Shown here: one piece after another, positions 18,036-27,172 of the stretch
Layout of the letters: the number at the start of each line of letters is the position of its first letter
How positions within the stretch are numbered: the stretch's first letter is position 1
Assembly: GCA_963733055.1 (NCBI GenBank)
Contig: CAVTBR010000002.1
Location: 64,001 to 128,000 of the forward strand
Length of the DNA stretch: 64,000 bases
Reading direction: 5' to 3'
Source: Candidatus Bathyarchaeota archaeon
GTDB taxonomy: Archaea > Thermoproteota > Bathyarchaeia > 40CM-2-53-6
Translations under genes and position numbers: made by a program
Notes under the pieces: model-generated
What the model was told of the DNA's origin: nothing
The model's input: the letters and a program-made list of their open reading frames with translations, nothing else
Databases searched by the model: none

Positions 18036-19295
18036 TTGAAGTATCACTCGGCTGAATCGGAGAACCGCGACTTGGAAGCATATTTCGTCGAAACGCCAGT
18101 AGGCATATTCATTCTAAATGAGAAGGAGGAGGTTATCGATAACGTCCTTTTCTCTCAAGATCCGAAAAAAGCGGCGGTGGAGCTAAAGGACATCCAAGAC
18201 GGGAAGCTTACCCCACCAATCCTAGAGACGCTGAAGCGGGTCGCTGAGAAATATTCTCCGATCGTATTCGAAAGTAGACAACTCGCCAGAACGGCCGAGA
18301 CGGAAGGAAAAGTCACAGTAGCCGCCAAAGGGATTCCTCTCGCCGAGCACTTCCGGACTCGCCTGGCGACGGAAGAGAAGAGTCGAGACAAGTGGTTGAG
18401 CCAACAGACCCTCGTCTCGCCTTCCCTGAAGACACCACGGGCATACAATGATTTCGCGCGAAAAGTAACTCTGGAGTTAGCGAGGTTAGGAATCGCCAGC
18501 GCCGCTGCGAAGCGCGACTTGAGTGCAGTGCAGGCTGTTCGCGCGATGGACGACTTGGACAAGGTTCTCAACCTCCTCGCAGGTCGCGTTCGAGAGTGGT
18601 ATGGCCTTCATTTTCCGGAAATGGATAGGCTCGTTGAGAAGCATGACATGGTCGCTAGGCTTGTGGCGAAGCTGGGGAACAGGCGTAACTTCACTTCTGA
18701 AGCGCTAATAGGTGAGGGTCTGCCGAACGAGAAGGCGGAGGAACTTGCTAAGGCCGCGTCGAAGTCGATGGGCGCGAACATAGATGATTCAGATTTGTTG
18801 GTTCTCCAAGCATTCTGTGGGCTCATGTTAGACTTGTATAAGTTTAGGGAGAAGAGCGAAAGCTTCGTTGAGGACTCCCTCAAACAAATCGCCCCCAACA
18901 TGACGGCGATCGTAGGAGCTTCCCTCTCAGCTAGACTGATCTCGATTGCGGGAAGCCTTGAGAATTTAGCGAAGATGCCGGCAAGTACCTTGCAGGTTCT
19001 CGGTGCCGAGAAAGCATTGTTCCGTTCACTGAAAACGGGTGCGAGGCCTCCCAAGCACGGGGTCATATTCCAAAACACCGCCATCCACCAGTCCCCGCGC
19101 TGGCAGAGGGGTAAGATCGCTAGAGCGCTGTCAGGAAAGCTCAGCATAGCATCAAGGGTCGATGCTTTCGGAGGAGACTTCGTCGGGGAGAAACTTAGGC
19201 AAGACGTCAGCAAGAAGGTTGACGAAATAAAAGAGAGGTACAAGGTAGCCCCCTCACCGTCCACGAAGAAGAAACAATATGCACGCAGACGTTAA
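18036..19295 (+). CDS. nop5: C/D box sRNP protein Nop5 (Nop56/58)
   Basis: RVREWYGLHFPE, QVLGAEKALFR and PPKHGVIF motifs. Confidence 0.96.
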   Translation: MKYHSAESENRDLEAYFVETPVGIFILNEKEEVIDNVLFSQDPKKAAVELKDIQDGKLTPPILETLKRVAEKYSPIVFESRQLARTAETEGKVTVAAKGIPLAEHFRTRLATEEKSRDKWLSQQTLVSPSLKTPRAYNDFARKVTLELARLGIASAAAKRDLSAVQAVRAMDDLDKVLNLLAGRVREWYGLHFPEMDRLVEKHDMVARLVAKLGNRRNFTSEALIGEGLPNEKAEELAKAASKSMGANIDDSDLLVLQAFCGLMLDLYKFREKSESFVEDSLKQIAPNMTAIVGASLSARLISIAGSLENLAKMPASTLQVLGAEKALFRSLKTGARPPKHGVIFQNTAIHQSPRWQRGKIARALSGKLSIASRVDAFGGDFVGEKLRQDVSKKVDEIKERYKVAPSPSTKKKQYARRR

Positions 19296-19974
19296 ACCAC
19301 ATGAGAGGTTTGAGGGCGTCTACTGGGTCACCCTTGAAGACCATAGTAGGCGTTTGGCGACAAAGAACCTAGCGCCAACAGTTAGTGTTTATGGCGAGAG
19401 GCTAGTGAGCGACGGTGAATCGGAGTACCGTACGTGGGATGCCTACAGGAGTAAACTCTCAGCCGCGATACTTCGGCACCTAGACACTTTACCGATTCGG
19501 TTCGGCACGACGGTGCTATACTTAGGATCCGCTTCTGGAACGACCGCCAGCCACGTGAGCGACATTGTTGGAAACAATGGGCGGGTTTACTGTGTGGAGT
19601 TTGCTCAGAGAAGCATGCGCGAGCTAATCGACACCCTATGTGAACATCGCTCAAACGTCTACCCTGTTCTAGCCGACGCTCGACTCCCCGAAAAATACAA
19701 GTCCATTGTAGGTCAGGTTGAGGTGATCTATTCCGACGTCGCTCAACCGGAACAGGCGAAAATCCTTGCGGACAACGCGGATCTTTTTCTGAAACCGAGT
19801 GGAGCGGCCCTTATTGCAATCAAGTCGAGAAGCGTCGACGTCACAATGGAACCGACCGACGTTTTCAAACAGGAAATAGAAATTCTTCGTCACAGACATT
19901 TCAACATGATTCAAACAGTTCGCCTTGAACCTTACGAGAAAGACCACGCCTTAGTCTATCTGACCAAAGGGTAA
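19279..19974 (+). CDS. flpA: Fibrillarin-like rRNA/tRNA 2'-O-methyltransferase
   Basis: VYGERL, RSKLSAAI, VLYLGSASGTTASH and DVAQPEQ motifs. Confidence 0.96.
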   Translation: MHADVKPHERFEGVYWVTLEDHSRRLATKNLAPTVSVYGERLVSDGESEYRTWDAYRSKLSAAILRHLDTLPIRFGTTVLYLGSASGTTASHVSDIVGNNGRVYCVEFAQRSMRELIDTLCEHRSNVYPVLADARLPEKYKSIVGQVEVIYSDVAQPEQAKILADNADLFLKPSGAALIAIKSRSVDVTMEPTDVFKQEIEILRHRHFNMIQTVRLEPYEKDHALVYLTKG

Positions 19975-19979
19975 GTTAG

Positions 19980-20465
19980 ATGTTCAACTCAAAGAGCACG
20001 TTAGAAAGGACATTCGACGCCCTCCTAGGCCGCGAACTCAGAAAACTCAACACCCATCTACCGAAACAACGGAGAACCCTGAAGGAACTACTAGCCGAAG
20101 AGAACCCAACGATTCCTACGGTGGACGGCTCTTCCATCGTCTTGAACAAATCGGAGATAGAAGAATTATCGAAGATCGTTCCCACGGCGTATCACGGAAA
20201 CCTGAAACTGCCCTTCATCGTTCTGCGAAGAATGGAGCTCGGGAAGTCCGTGTACACGATCTCAGGCGACAGGGTTGAAGAATTCACTATGAAGAAAATC
20301 TTAGGCAGAACAACTGAAGGCTATCATTCCATGTATTCGGATCATGATCCACTCTTCCTTTACAGGCCTGACGTCAGCGAGCTGATTCGAAGATTCCACA
20401 CCCTAGTAGTCATAGGGTTCGGAGTGCCCAAGGAACTGTCCGACTACGGGCCGAACCGAGTCTGA
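19980..20465 (+). CDS. DUF61/UPF0216-family protein
   Basis: LNTHLPKQRRTLKELLAE...LKLPF; typical position after fibrillarin. Confidence 0.75.
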   Translation: MFNSKSTLERTFDALLGRELRKLNTHLPKQRRTLKELLAEENPTIPTVDGSSIVLNKSEIEELSKIVPTAYHGNLKLPFIVLRRMELGKSVYTISGDRVEEFTMKKILGRTTEGYHSMYSDHDPLFLYRPDVSELIRRFHTLVVIGFGVPKELSDYGPNRV

Positions 20466-21118
20466 CCAATTTCAGCCTCAATCTCCTTTATCGTCTTCCA
20501 GGATTGACGAACGATTGGTGGGTAGTCGGCATGAGTTCGTCGCCATTCTCGAAGGAAAGCCATCGTTTTGGGGTCGGTCATGTACCCGGAGCCAAAGTCG
20601 CCGTAACGGCTACGGAGATCTTCGATAGCGGCATCTCTCCTCACCTTGGCTATGATACTCGAAGCTGAAACTACGGGGTACGTCCTGTCAGCGTGGTGTT
20701 CGGAGAAGATCTTTATTCCCTTCAAGTTCACAGGAAGGAATTCACGAATGTTCTCTGCGTACCTCGCTTCGTTTACATCCGATGCGTCTACGAATGCTTC
20801 CTCAGGCTCTAATTGACCAATAACCTGAGCCATCATTCTTGCCTCAAGAAAATTCAGTCTCCTAAGTCGCCCCCCGTGCAAGACGAAATCATCTATCTCG
20901 TTTGGCTGCGCCTCGACAAAAGTGATCTTGGTCGCGAAGCTTCGGATCTTCGCATCCAGCTTGGTCCGGGATTCGGGCGTAAGTAATTTCGAATCTCTAA
21001 CGCCCATAGCCCTAAGTTCTTGTTGAGCATCATCCGGGATCAGTACTGCGGCGATAACAAGTGGGCCTATGATTGGGCCTCGCCCGGCATCGTCAACACC
21101 AGCTATGAGTTTGGCCAC
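20444..21118 (-). CDS. rnhB: Ribonuclease HII
   Basis: GVDDAGRGP, VRDSK, VSASSIIAKV and GDFGSGY motifs. Confidence 0.96.
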   Translation of the reverse strand: MAKLIAGVDDAGRGPIIGPLVIAAVLIPDDAQQELRAMGVRDSKLLTPESRTKLDAKIRSFATKITFVEAQPNEIDDFVLHGGRLRRLNFLEARMMAQVIGQLEPEEAFVDASDVNEARYAENIREFLPVNLKGIKIFSEHHADRTYPVVSASSIIAKVRRDAAIEDLRSRYGDFGSGYMTDPKTMAFLREWRRTHADYPPIVRQSWKTIKEIEAEIGQTRFGP

Positions 21119-21187
21119 GGTGTGTACGACCTGTGGGAGTAAGCACGCAGTCCAGAAGTTAATAGTTGCGACACCTGCGCTACTATC

Positions 21188-21721
21188 ATGGAGCCTCAGC
21201 GTCTGTTTCTCACTGGGGAGCCTGGATCTGGGAAAACAACCACAGTGACGAAGACGGTGGGGCTGCTAATCCAGCGCGGTGTTAGTGTAGGCGGCGTGGT
21301 ATCGGGAGAGTTACGCGAGGCGGGTATACGTGTCGGCTTCAGCCTAGAGGATTTAGCAATGCATGAAAAGGGAACCCTCGCACATGTTGACATGAGGGAA
21401 GGGCCGCGAATTGGCAAATATCGAGTAAATCTTGAGGATATTGAACGAATTGGAGTCGGATCTATTGAGACTGCAGTTAGGGATTCGGAGGTCATAGTAG
21501 TTGACGAGTTGGGTCCGATGGAACTTTTCAGCGTCCCATTAGTCCGAGCGGTTGAAAAGGGCTTGGCGTCCCGGAAGCATTTTCTCGGAACTATTCATAA
21601 ACGAGTCTCACACCCGCTTACCTCGTCCATAAGGTCAAAATTCACGATCCTAGAAATCACCCCAGAAAATCGGGATAGGATGCCAACGGAGATTGCGGAA
21701 AGAATTACCTCTAACAGGTAA
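21188..21721 (+). CDS. Nucleoside triphosphatase (THEP1/NTPase_1 family)
   Basis: TGEPGSGKTT, RIGKYRV and VVDELGPME motifs. Confidence 0.92.
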   Translation: MEPQRLFLTGEPGSGKTTTVTKTVGLLIQRGVSVGGVVSGELREAGIRVGFSLEDLAMHEKGTLAHVDMREGPRIGKYRVNLEDIERIGVGSIETAVRDSEVIVVDELGPMELFSVPLVRAVEKGLASRKHFLGTIHKRVSHPLTSSIRSKFTILEITPENRDRMPTEIAERITSNR

Positions 21722-22892
21722 AACCCCTACACCCTCGCCCACGGGCCATCCTGATGTGGTGGTGGAAGGAAAGGCGCGTGTGCAGTTCTCCTCTCGCTAT
21801 AGTAACGTGTTCTACAATCCTAAGATGAGTTTTAACCGCGACCTCGCAATTCTATTTGTTATCTCATACTTCCCGAAAGAGAGGTTGCTTCGGCTATGCG
21901 ATCCTATGGCCGGCTCCGGCGTTAGGGCGGTCCGTTACGCATTAGAAGCCTCCAATGTTGCTAGCGTCGTCGCTGTCGACAGGCAACCGGAAGCGGCGGA
22001 ATTGGCTCGGGAAACTGTTCGCTTGAACAACGTGGAGAACAAAATATCCGTCATCGAAGCCGACGCATTCACGCTGCTTGCAGAGAATCCGCGCGAGAGG
22101 TTCGACCTCATCGACTTGGACCCTTTCGGTTCTCCGTCCCCGTTCCTCGAATCCGCTCTACGAGCAACCGAGAACGGTGGAGTTTTGACGGCCACGGCAA
22201 CAGATATGGGACCTCTTTGTGGAGCTCGGCCACGTGCCTGCAAACGCAAATACGGTGTCGACTCGATCAGGGTTGAGTTTGAGAAGGAAGTCGCTCTCAG
22301 AGCTTTGGCTAGCGCTGTGGCGACCACTGCGGCCAAACTGGAGCTTGGTGTTCGCCTCGCATTCTCGCACGCAACCGACCACTACGGGCGTTTGTATGCT
22401 ACTGTGATTAAGGGAAGGAAAGCAGCGAATGAATCCCTAGCTAACCTAGGGTTTGTCACTCATTGTTCCGCCTGCCTAACCCGAACTACTACGTCATTCC
22501 TCTCTTCAATCCATGGGGAATGCGGGAGCTGTGGATCCCGGACCTCAGTTGGTGGGCCATTCTGGCTTGGCCCACTCTGGGACCGAGAGACGGTTGAAAG
22601 AATGATTCAACACACACCCCTCCTCCTTTCGACGCGATTTTCAGAAATCCAGAAAACGCTCAGCTATATAGAGGGTGAACTTGACTTCCCACCGTTCTAC
22701 TACACGACAGATTCGGCTGCCGCCGCTTTTCGAACGAAACCTCCTCCAATCTCGACCCTCCTCTCTTCGCTTCGTGAGAACGGGTATCGGGCGTCGAGAA
22801 CACATTTCAACCCTTGCGGCTTTCGCACCGATGCCCCAATCCCACAAATAGCTTCCTTATTCCGCCCGTTCACCGATGAACCCAAGTCCTAG
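21693..22892 (+). CDS. trm1: tRNA (guanine26-N2)-dimethyltransferase
   Basis: VFYNPKMSFNRD, GSGVRAVRY, DLDPFGSP, TATD and RTHF motifs. Confidence 0.95.
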   Translation: MRKELPLTGKTPTPSPTGHPDVVVEGKARVQFSSRYSNVFYNPKMSFNRDLAILFVISYFPKERLLRLCDPMAGSGVRAVRYALEASNVASVVAVDRQPEAAELARETVRLNNVENKISVIEADAFTLLAENPRERFDLIDLDPFGSPSPFLESALRATENGGVLTATATDMGPLCGARPRACKRKYGVDSIRVEFEKEVALRALASAVATTAAKLELGVRLAFSHATDHYGRLYATVIKGRKAANESLANLGFVTHCSACLTRTTTSFLSSIHGECGSCGSRTSVGGPFWLGPLWDRETVERMIQHTPLLLSTRFSEIQKTLSYIEGELDFPPFYYTTDSAAAAFRTKPPPISTLLSSLRENGYRASRTHFNPCGFRTDAPIPQIASLFRPFTDEPKS

Positions 22893-23477
22893 AAAGTATA
22901 GCTCCGCACTCTCCGCCCGACTTGCCGGAGGTTTTACAATCCTAAACTCATCAAACAGGGACCGCATGTGATCTCGGAACTCCCTTACCTCCGACCCCTG
23001 GAATACCTTAACGAGCATGTTTCCCCCGATTCGAAGCAACGCACCCCCCACCCTAACCGCACACCTAGCCAACTCAATCTGCCTGGCGTGATCTACGTCC
23101 CAAACCCCAGAAACATTTGGGGCGAGGTCGGAGAGAACCGCGTCAAAGCTTGGACCGGCTTCTTTCCTGATCTCGTCGACGATCTCAGACTTGGTTATGT
23201 CGCCGACCATAGTCGAAACATTCCTAAACGGCAAGGTGGCGATGTCTTGTATGTCGACTCCGAATACGAACCCGCCGTTACCGACCACCTGGTGAGCTGC
23301 CTGCAACCACCCACCGGGTGCAGCACCAAAATCCAGAACCCAGTCCCCGGCTTTGATGAAACGGTATTTCTTGGTTATCTGCAGTAGCTTGAACGAAGCT
23401 CTACTACGGAAACCCCTGGCCTTGGCGAGGCGGTGAAATTGGTCCCTTTTATGCTGACGTAACCATTCACTCGGCAC
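22857..23477 (-). CDS. rlmE: 23S rRNA 2'-O-methyltransferase RlmE/FtsJ
   Basis: RSRASFKL, DFGAAPGGW, SDLAPN and KPPASR..SAE motifs. Confidence 0.95.
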   Translation of the reverse strand: MPSEWLRQHKRDQFHRLAKARGFRSRASFKLLQITKKYRFIKAGDWVLDFGAAPGGWLQAAHQVVGNGGFVFGVDIQDIATLPFRNVSTMVGDITKSEIVDEIRKEAGPSFDAVLSDLAPNVSGVWDVDHARQIELARCAVRVGGALLRIGGNMLVKVFQGSEVREFRDHMRSLFDEFRIVKPPASRAESAELYFLGLGFIGERAE

Positions 23478-23850
23478 TTTTTGCTACCGCTTTGGCAGAT
23501 TCTGCGACGCTGTGCATCCACTTGGTAAGGTTCTCGCATTTGTTTGCGTTCATTATCCACGACTGAGGGCAGTTTCCAACGAGGTCACAGAACGCGCAAG
23601 GAATGTCAACTATCGAATCGATCGTTGAGTAGCGCCTTTTCGCGAAAACCCTGTAAGTCCATCGACCATCGTGAAGTTCCTTCTTCCTTGCAATCAGCCC
23701 TTTCTTCTCAAGCCGCAGGATTGCCCTCGATCCTTCGCGGCTGTCCGCTGTTAGTTTCCTCCATAAGTCGGATTGAAGGATGCCCATATCGCCGAGTTCC
23801 ATGACTATTCGTAGAACGTCCTGTTCGGTGGGTCCTTTCCTCGGCATCAA
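23467..23850 (-). CDS. Transcription factor E beta subunit (RPC34-like wHTH plus Fe-S Cys cluster)
   Basis: GILQSDLWRKL...RLEKKGLI wHTH followed by PCAFC-x5-C-x10-C. Confidence 0.75.
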   Translation of the reverse strand: MMPRKGPTEQDVLRIVMELGDMGILQSDLWRKLTADSREGSRAILRLEKKGLIARKKELHDGRWTYRVFAKRRYSTIDSIVDIPCAFCDLVGNCPQSWIMNANKCENLTKWMHSVAESAKAVAKSAE

Positions 23851-23975
23851 AAACCTTCCAGAATTAAACTAACTATTCAGAATTCTTTGAAATTGCGCAT
23901 CATTCCATTTAAAGGTTGAATATCATTCCCAAAATTGGCTCGTTAACCCGGCCGCCACTCAACGCGAAAGCAGAG

Positions 23976-24320
23976 TCAGGTAATCCGTGCGCCGTTTGCT
24001 ATCTCGCGGTCGGTTGTGAGAAGCGCGAGCTTAGATTCGTGTTCCGCTGCGAGCAACATGCCTTGGGAAACTTCGCCTGAAAATTTTGTGGGTTTAAGGT
24101 TGTAGAGAAAGACCACTTTTCGTCCAAGCAGTTCGTTTGGCTCGTAGTATCCTACGAGGCTTGACAGGGTCTGTCGAACGCCTAAAGGGCCTAGGTCCAC
24201 GAGTATTCGGTAGAGTTTCTCAGTTCTTGGGACGCGGTCTACTTGGGTTACCGTGCCGACCCTCGCGTCGACCTTCTTGAATTCGTCAAAACTGATTTCG
24301 ACGGTTGGCTCATCGCTCAT
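23976..24320 (-). CDS. tRNA-binding OB-fold protein (Trbp111/CsaA/MetRS C-terminal type)
   Basis: ISFDEFKKVDARVG, NLKP and SQGMLLAA motifs. Confidence 0.9.
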   Translation of the reverse strand: MSDEPTVEISFDEFKKVDARVGTVTQVDRVPRTEKLYRILVDLGPLGVRQTLSSLVGYYEPNELLGRKVVFLYNLKPTKFSGEVSQGMLLAAEHESKLALLTTDREIANGARIT

Positions 24321-24339
24321 AACAAATCACCCAATCACT

Positions 24340-25485
24340 TCAAACATGATCCAGTCCTTCGGATAAGTCAGTAATCAGATCTTCGATGTCTTCGAGACCC
24401 ACTGACAATCTAATCAACGAGTCGGTTACTCCGATCCGTTCCCTCTCTTCTTTCGGCACGGAGGCATGGGTCATCGAACTAGGATGCTCGATTAGTGATT
24501 CGACTCCGCCCAAGCTTTCCGCGACCGTGAAAACCTTCACGTTCTTCAGCAGTTTCTTGCAGGCCTCGAAATCCCCCTTCAAACGGAAGCTGACCATCCC
24601 GCCGGGCCCGCTCATCTGTTTCTCAGCAAGAGAATGTTGCGGATGCGACGCGAGGCCGGGATAAATGACGGTTTCGACCTTCAGATGTCTCTCCAGAAAC
24701 TCCGCGATCTTCTGGGCGTTTGCACAGTGCCTATCCATTCTCAGTGAAAGCGTCTTGATGCCTCGCAACGCGAGCCAACAATCGAACGGCCCCGGGATTG
24801 CTCCGGCGGCATTTTGAGCAAAGTGCACCTTCTCATAGAGCGCGGGATCCGATAGCGCGGCCGCACCACCAACCAGGTCGCTGTGTCCGCCAAGATATTT
24901 GGTAGTGCTGTGAAGAACTATGTCGGCTCCAAGCCTCAGGGGCTGTTGAAGGTAAGGGCTCATGAACGTGTTATCGACGACAAGCACTGCATTGTGCTCA
25001 TGAGCGGATTTGGCTGCTGCTTGTATGTCGATGATTTGTAATAGCGGATTAGTTGGCGTCTCGACCCACACGATCTTTGTCTTGGGCCTAATTGCGTCAT
25101 GGAAATCCTTGGCATCGGAGCCCTTAACGTATGTGAACTGAACTCCGAAGTTCTTCATTATGCGGTCGAAAAAGCGTCGCGTGCCCCCGTAAAGGTCCTG
25201 AACGGCTACAACATGATCCCCCTCGTTAAGCAAGCTCAGAGATACCGTCGTTATCGCTGCCATGCCTGAACCGAACGCCAGCCCATACGCTCCCTCTTCA
25301 AGAGATGCGAGAGCTTTCTCGAGTGCATCGCGGGTTGGATTGCCAGTTCTGGCATAAACGTACTCTCCTTCGACTCCGGGCTCCCTTTGACGAAAGGTGG
25401 ACACTTGATAGATTGGAACCGTAACTGCCCCAGCTTCATCTTCCAAGCGATCCCCAGCATGAATCGACCTAGTAGAAAACCTCAA
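24340..25485 (-). CDS. metB: Cystathionine gamma-synthase/gamma-lyase (PLP transsulfuration family)
   Basis: YARTGNPT, ETPTNP, DNTF, HSTTKYLGGHSD and AESLGGVESL motifs. Confidence 0.9.
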   Translation of the reverse strand: MRFSTRSIHAGDRLEDEAGAVTVPIYQVSTFRQREPGVEGEYVYARTGNPTRDALEKALASLEEGAYGLAFGSGMAAITTVSLSLLNEGDHVVAVQDLYGGTRRFFDRIMKNFGVQFTYVKGSDAKDFHDAIRPKTKIVWVETPTNPLLQIIDIQAAAKSAHEHNAVLVVDNTFMSPYLQQPLRLGADIVLHSTTKYLGGHSDLVGGAAALSDPALYEKVHFAQNAAGAIPGPFDCWLALRGIKTLSLRMDRHCANAQKIAEFLERHLKVETVIYPGLASHPQHSLAEKQMSGPGGMVSFRLKGDFEACKKLLKNVKVFTVAESLGGVESLIEHPSSMTHASVPKEERERIGVTDSLIRLSVGLEDIEDLITDLSEGLDHV

Positions 25486-25856
25486 GACACCACATCTCAA
25501 CTCGGAAAGTACCTTAACGGTGCATAAACCTTCCACCATTGGCTGAGTTTCACGGGTGTGGTCCACCCTGTCATCAGGAGGCCACATCAGACACATGCTA
25601 ACTACTGCACCACTAGATCTAGAAGGCAGCCGACCTGCTTCAAAGGGAAACCTCGCCCTTCTAGGTTGCTGTCTAGAGTCCGTTCAAATTGATTTGTACG
25701 ATTCCCGCCCGAAAAACAACCTGACTGCAAGTTCACATTCCGATTGGCATTATCGACGATTTTGGTTCTTGGATCGACGTGAACAGTCAACTGGCATCGA
25801 AATTTCATGGAAGCTTTATTACCGGTACGGCTTCGACATTAGGGCGGTGGGATTGT

Positions 25857-26099
25857 TTGGCGATTAAACGAAAAGCGAAGAAAGGTCCGAAGAAGAAAGC
25901 GAAACGAACCGGCAAGAAGAAGACCAAAGCAAGAAAGAAGACTTCCAAACCAGCTCCTATGATGAGACCGGAGCCAATGCCCGAACCCGTGGTCCAGCCG
26001 CCACCTGTGCCTGAAGTTCAACCCCCAACCGAGACACCACCGACCCCCGAGTCGACGCAACCCAGCACTTCCCAAAGCGAAACAACACCCAGTCAATAA
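25857..26099 (+). CDS. Low-complexity protein with Lys-rich N-terminus and Pro/Glu/Thr-rich tail
   Basis: MAIKRKAKKGPKKKAKRTGKKK...PEPMPEPVVQPPP; TATA-like CTTTATTA upstream. Confidence 0.65.
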   Translation: MAIKRKAKKGPKKKAKRTGKKKTKARKKTSKPAPMMRPEPMPEPVVQPPPVPEVQPPTETPPTPESTQPSTSQSETTPSQ

Positions 26100-26237
26100 C
26101 CCCCGATCGAAGCGGACCTCGTCTAAAGAGGCGTAGCTATGCTTCGCAACCATTCTAACTATTGCGGGGCGTAGAAGAGACGCCAGCCTGTAACCGTCAG
26201 CCCAGCGATGATCTGAATTTTGTATTGGCCAAGATTG

Positions 26238-26672
26238 TCATTTGACAACAAGCGTGGCACATTTTGCGTGATGGCAGATTTTATCCGAAACACTACCCAG
26301 CAGAAAAGCACGCACCTCAGTCAGTCCTCTGCTGCCCACGACAATTAGATCTGAACCCTCAGCGTGTGCGCATTTGACGATCTCGTCGGCTGGGACGCCC
26401 TGCACGATTTTGCATTCGCACTTAATCCCTTGTTGCTTCGCATAGTCCTCAGCCTTCCTGATTATCTGTTCACCCTCGGTTTCCATCTCTTTCACAAATA
26501 CTGTAGTCGCCAAGACTCCCGCCTCAGACGGAGTGACGGCATAGAATCGGCGAAGGACGACATGAATGATGGTCAATCTCGCGCCGTATTTTTTCGTCAA
26601 ATCCGAGGCGTAGCTCAGAGCTTTTTCCGCAAAAGGTGAACCGTCGACAGCGACAAGAATCCTCGAGAACAT
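26238..26672 (-). CDS. Universal stress protein (UspA family)
   Basis: RILVAVDGS, DLIVVGSRG and LLGSVS motifs. Confidence 0.95.
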   Translation of the reverse strand: MFSRILVAVDGSPFAEKALSYASDLTKKYGARLTIIHVVLRRFYAVTPSEAGVLATTVFVKEMETEGEQIIRKAEDYAKQQGIKCECKIVQGVPADEIVKCAHAEGSDLIVVGSRGLTEVRAFLLGSVSDKICHHAKCATLVVK

Positions 26673-26777
26673 ACCGGTCTGAGGGAGAATGGATTCCAAG
26701 TTAGCTATAACGTATTCTAAACCAATCTTGACGCAGGCCCAGTCAGGTTGTGTCGAGTCCGCCTAGCCGTTGCTCAA

Positions 26778-26921
26778 TCATCGTTTGGTCACAGGTTCGA
26801 CTATGATCTTCGTTCCTTCTAGGGAGATGAAGAGCGGCTGACCTTTCTGCCATTTCAGTCTTTCAACCATCTCTCGTGGAATGGTTATCCTGAACTGCTC
26901 TCTGAATCCTTGCAAACGCAC
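26778..26921 (-). CDS. Small AbrB/MazE/SpoVT-family protein (47 aa, below ORF-track cutoff)
   Basis: Hand translation MRLQGFREQFRITIPREMVERLKWQKGQPLFISLEGTKIIVEPVTKR. Confidence 0.8.
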   Translation of the reverse strand: MRLQGFREQFRITIPREMVERLKWQKGQPLFISLEGTKIIVEPVTKR

Positions 26922-27172
26922 AATTTCTAGGTTCTGCGACAACGCTGTGACCTTTAAGAGGCTTGAGGAGGCATTATATGCCTAATGAGGCTTACGAAAG
27001 CTTATATATACTAAGAATACTAATCAGTACTCTTGAGGACTAAATTCTTGGACACTTCAGAGTATTACAGAGACGCATCAGGATTCTGGAAGATGAAATC
27101 ACCCAAACGCAGACGTATTGTGCATCTTTAGCACCCTGCGCAGCAGGTATTTTGACCTATTCCGTGTAGGGG

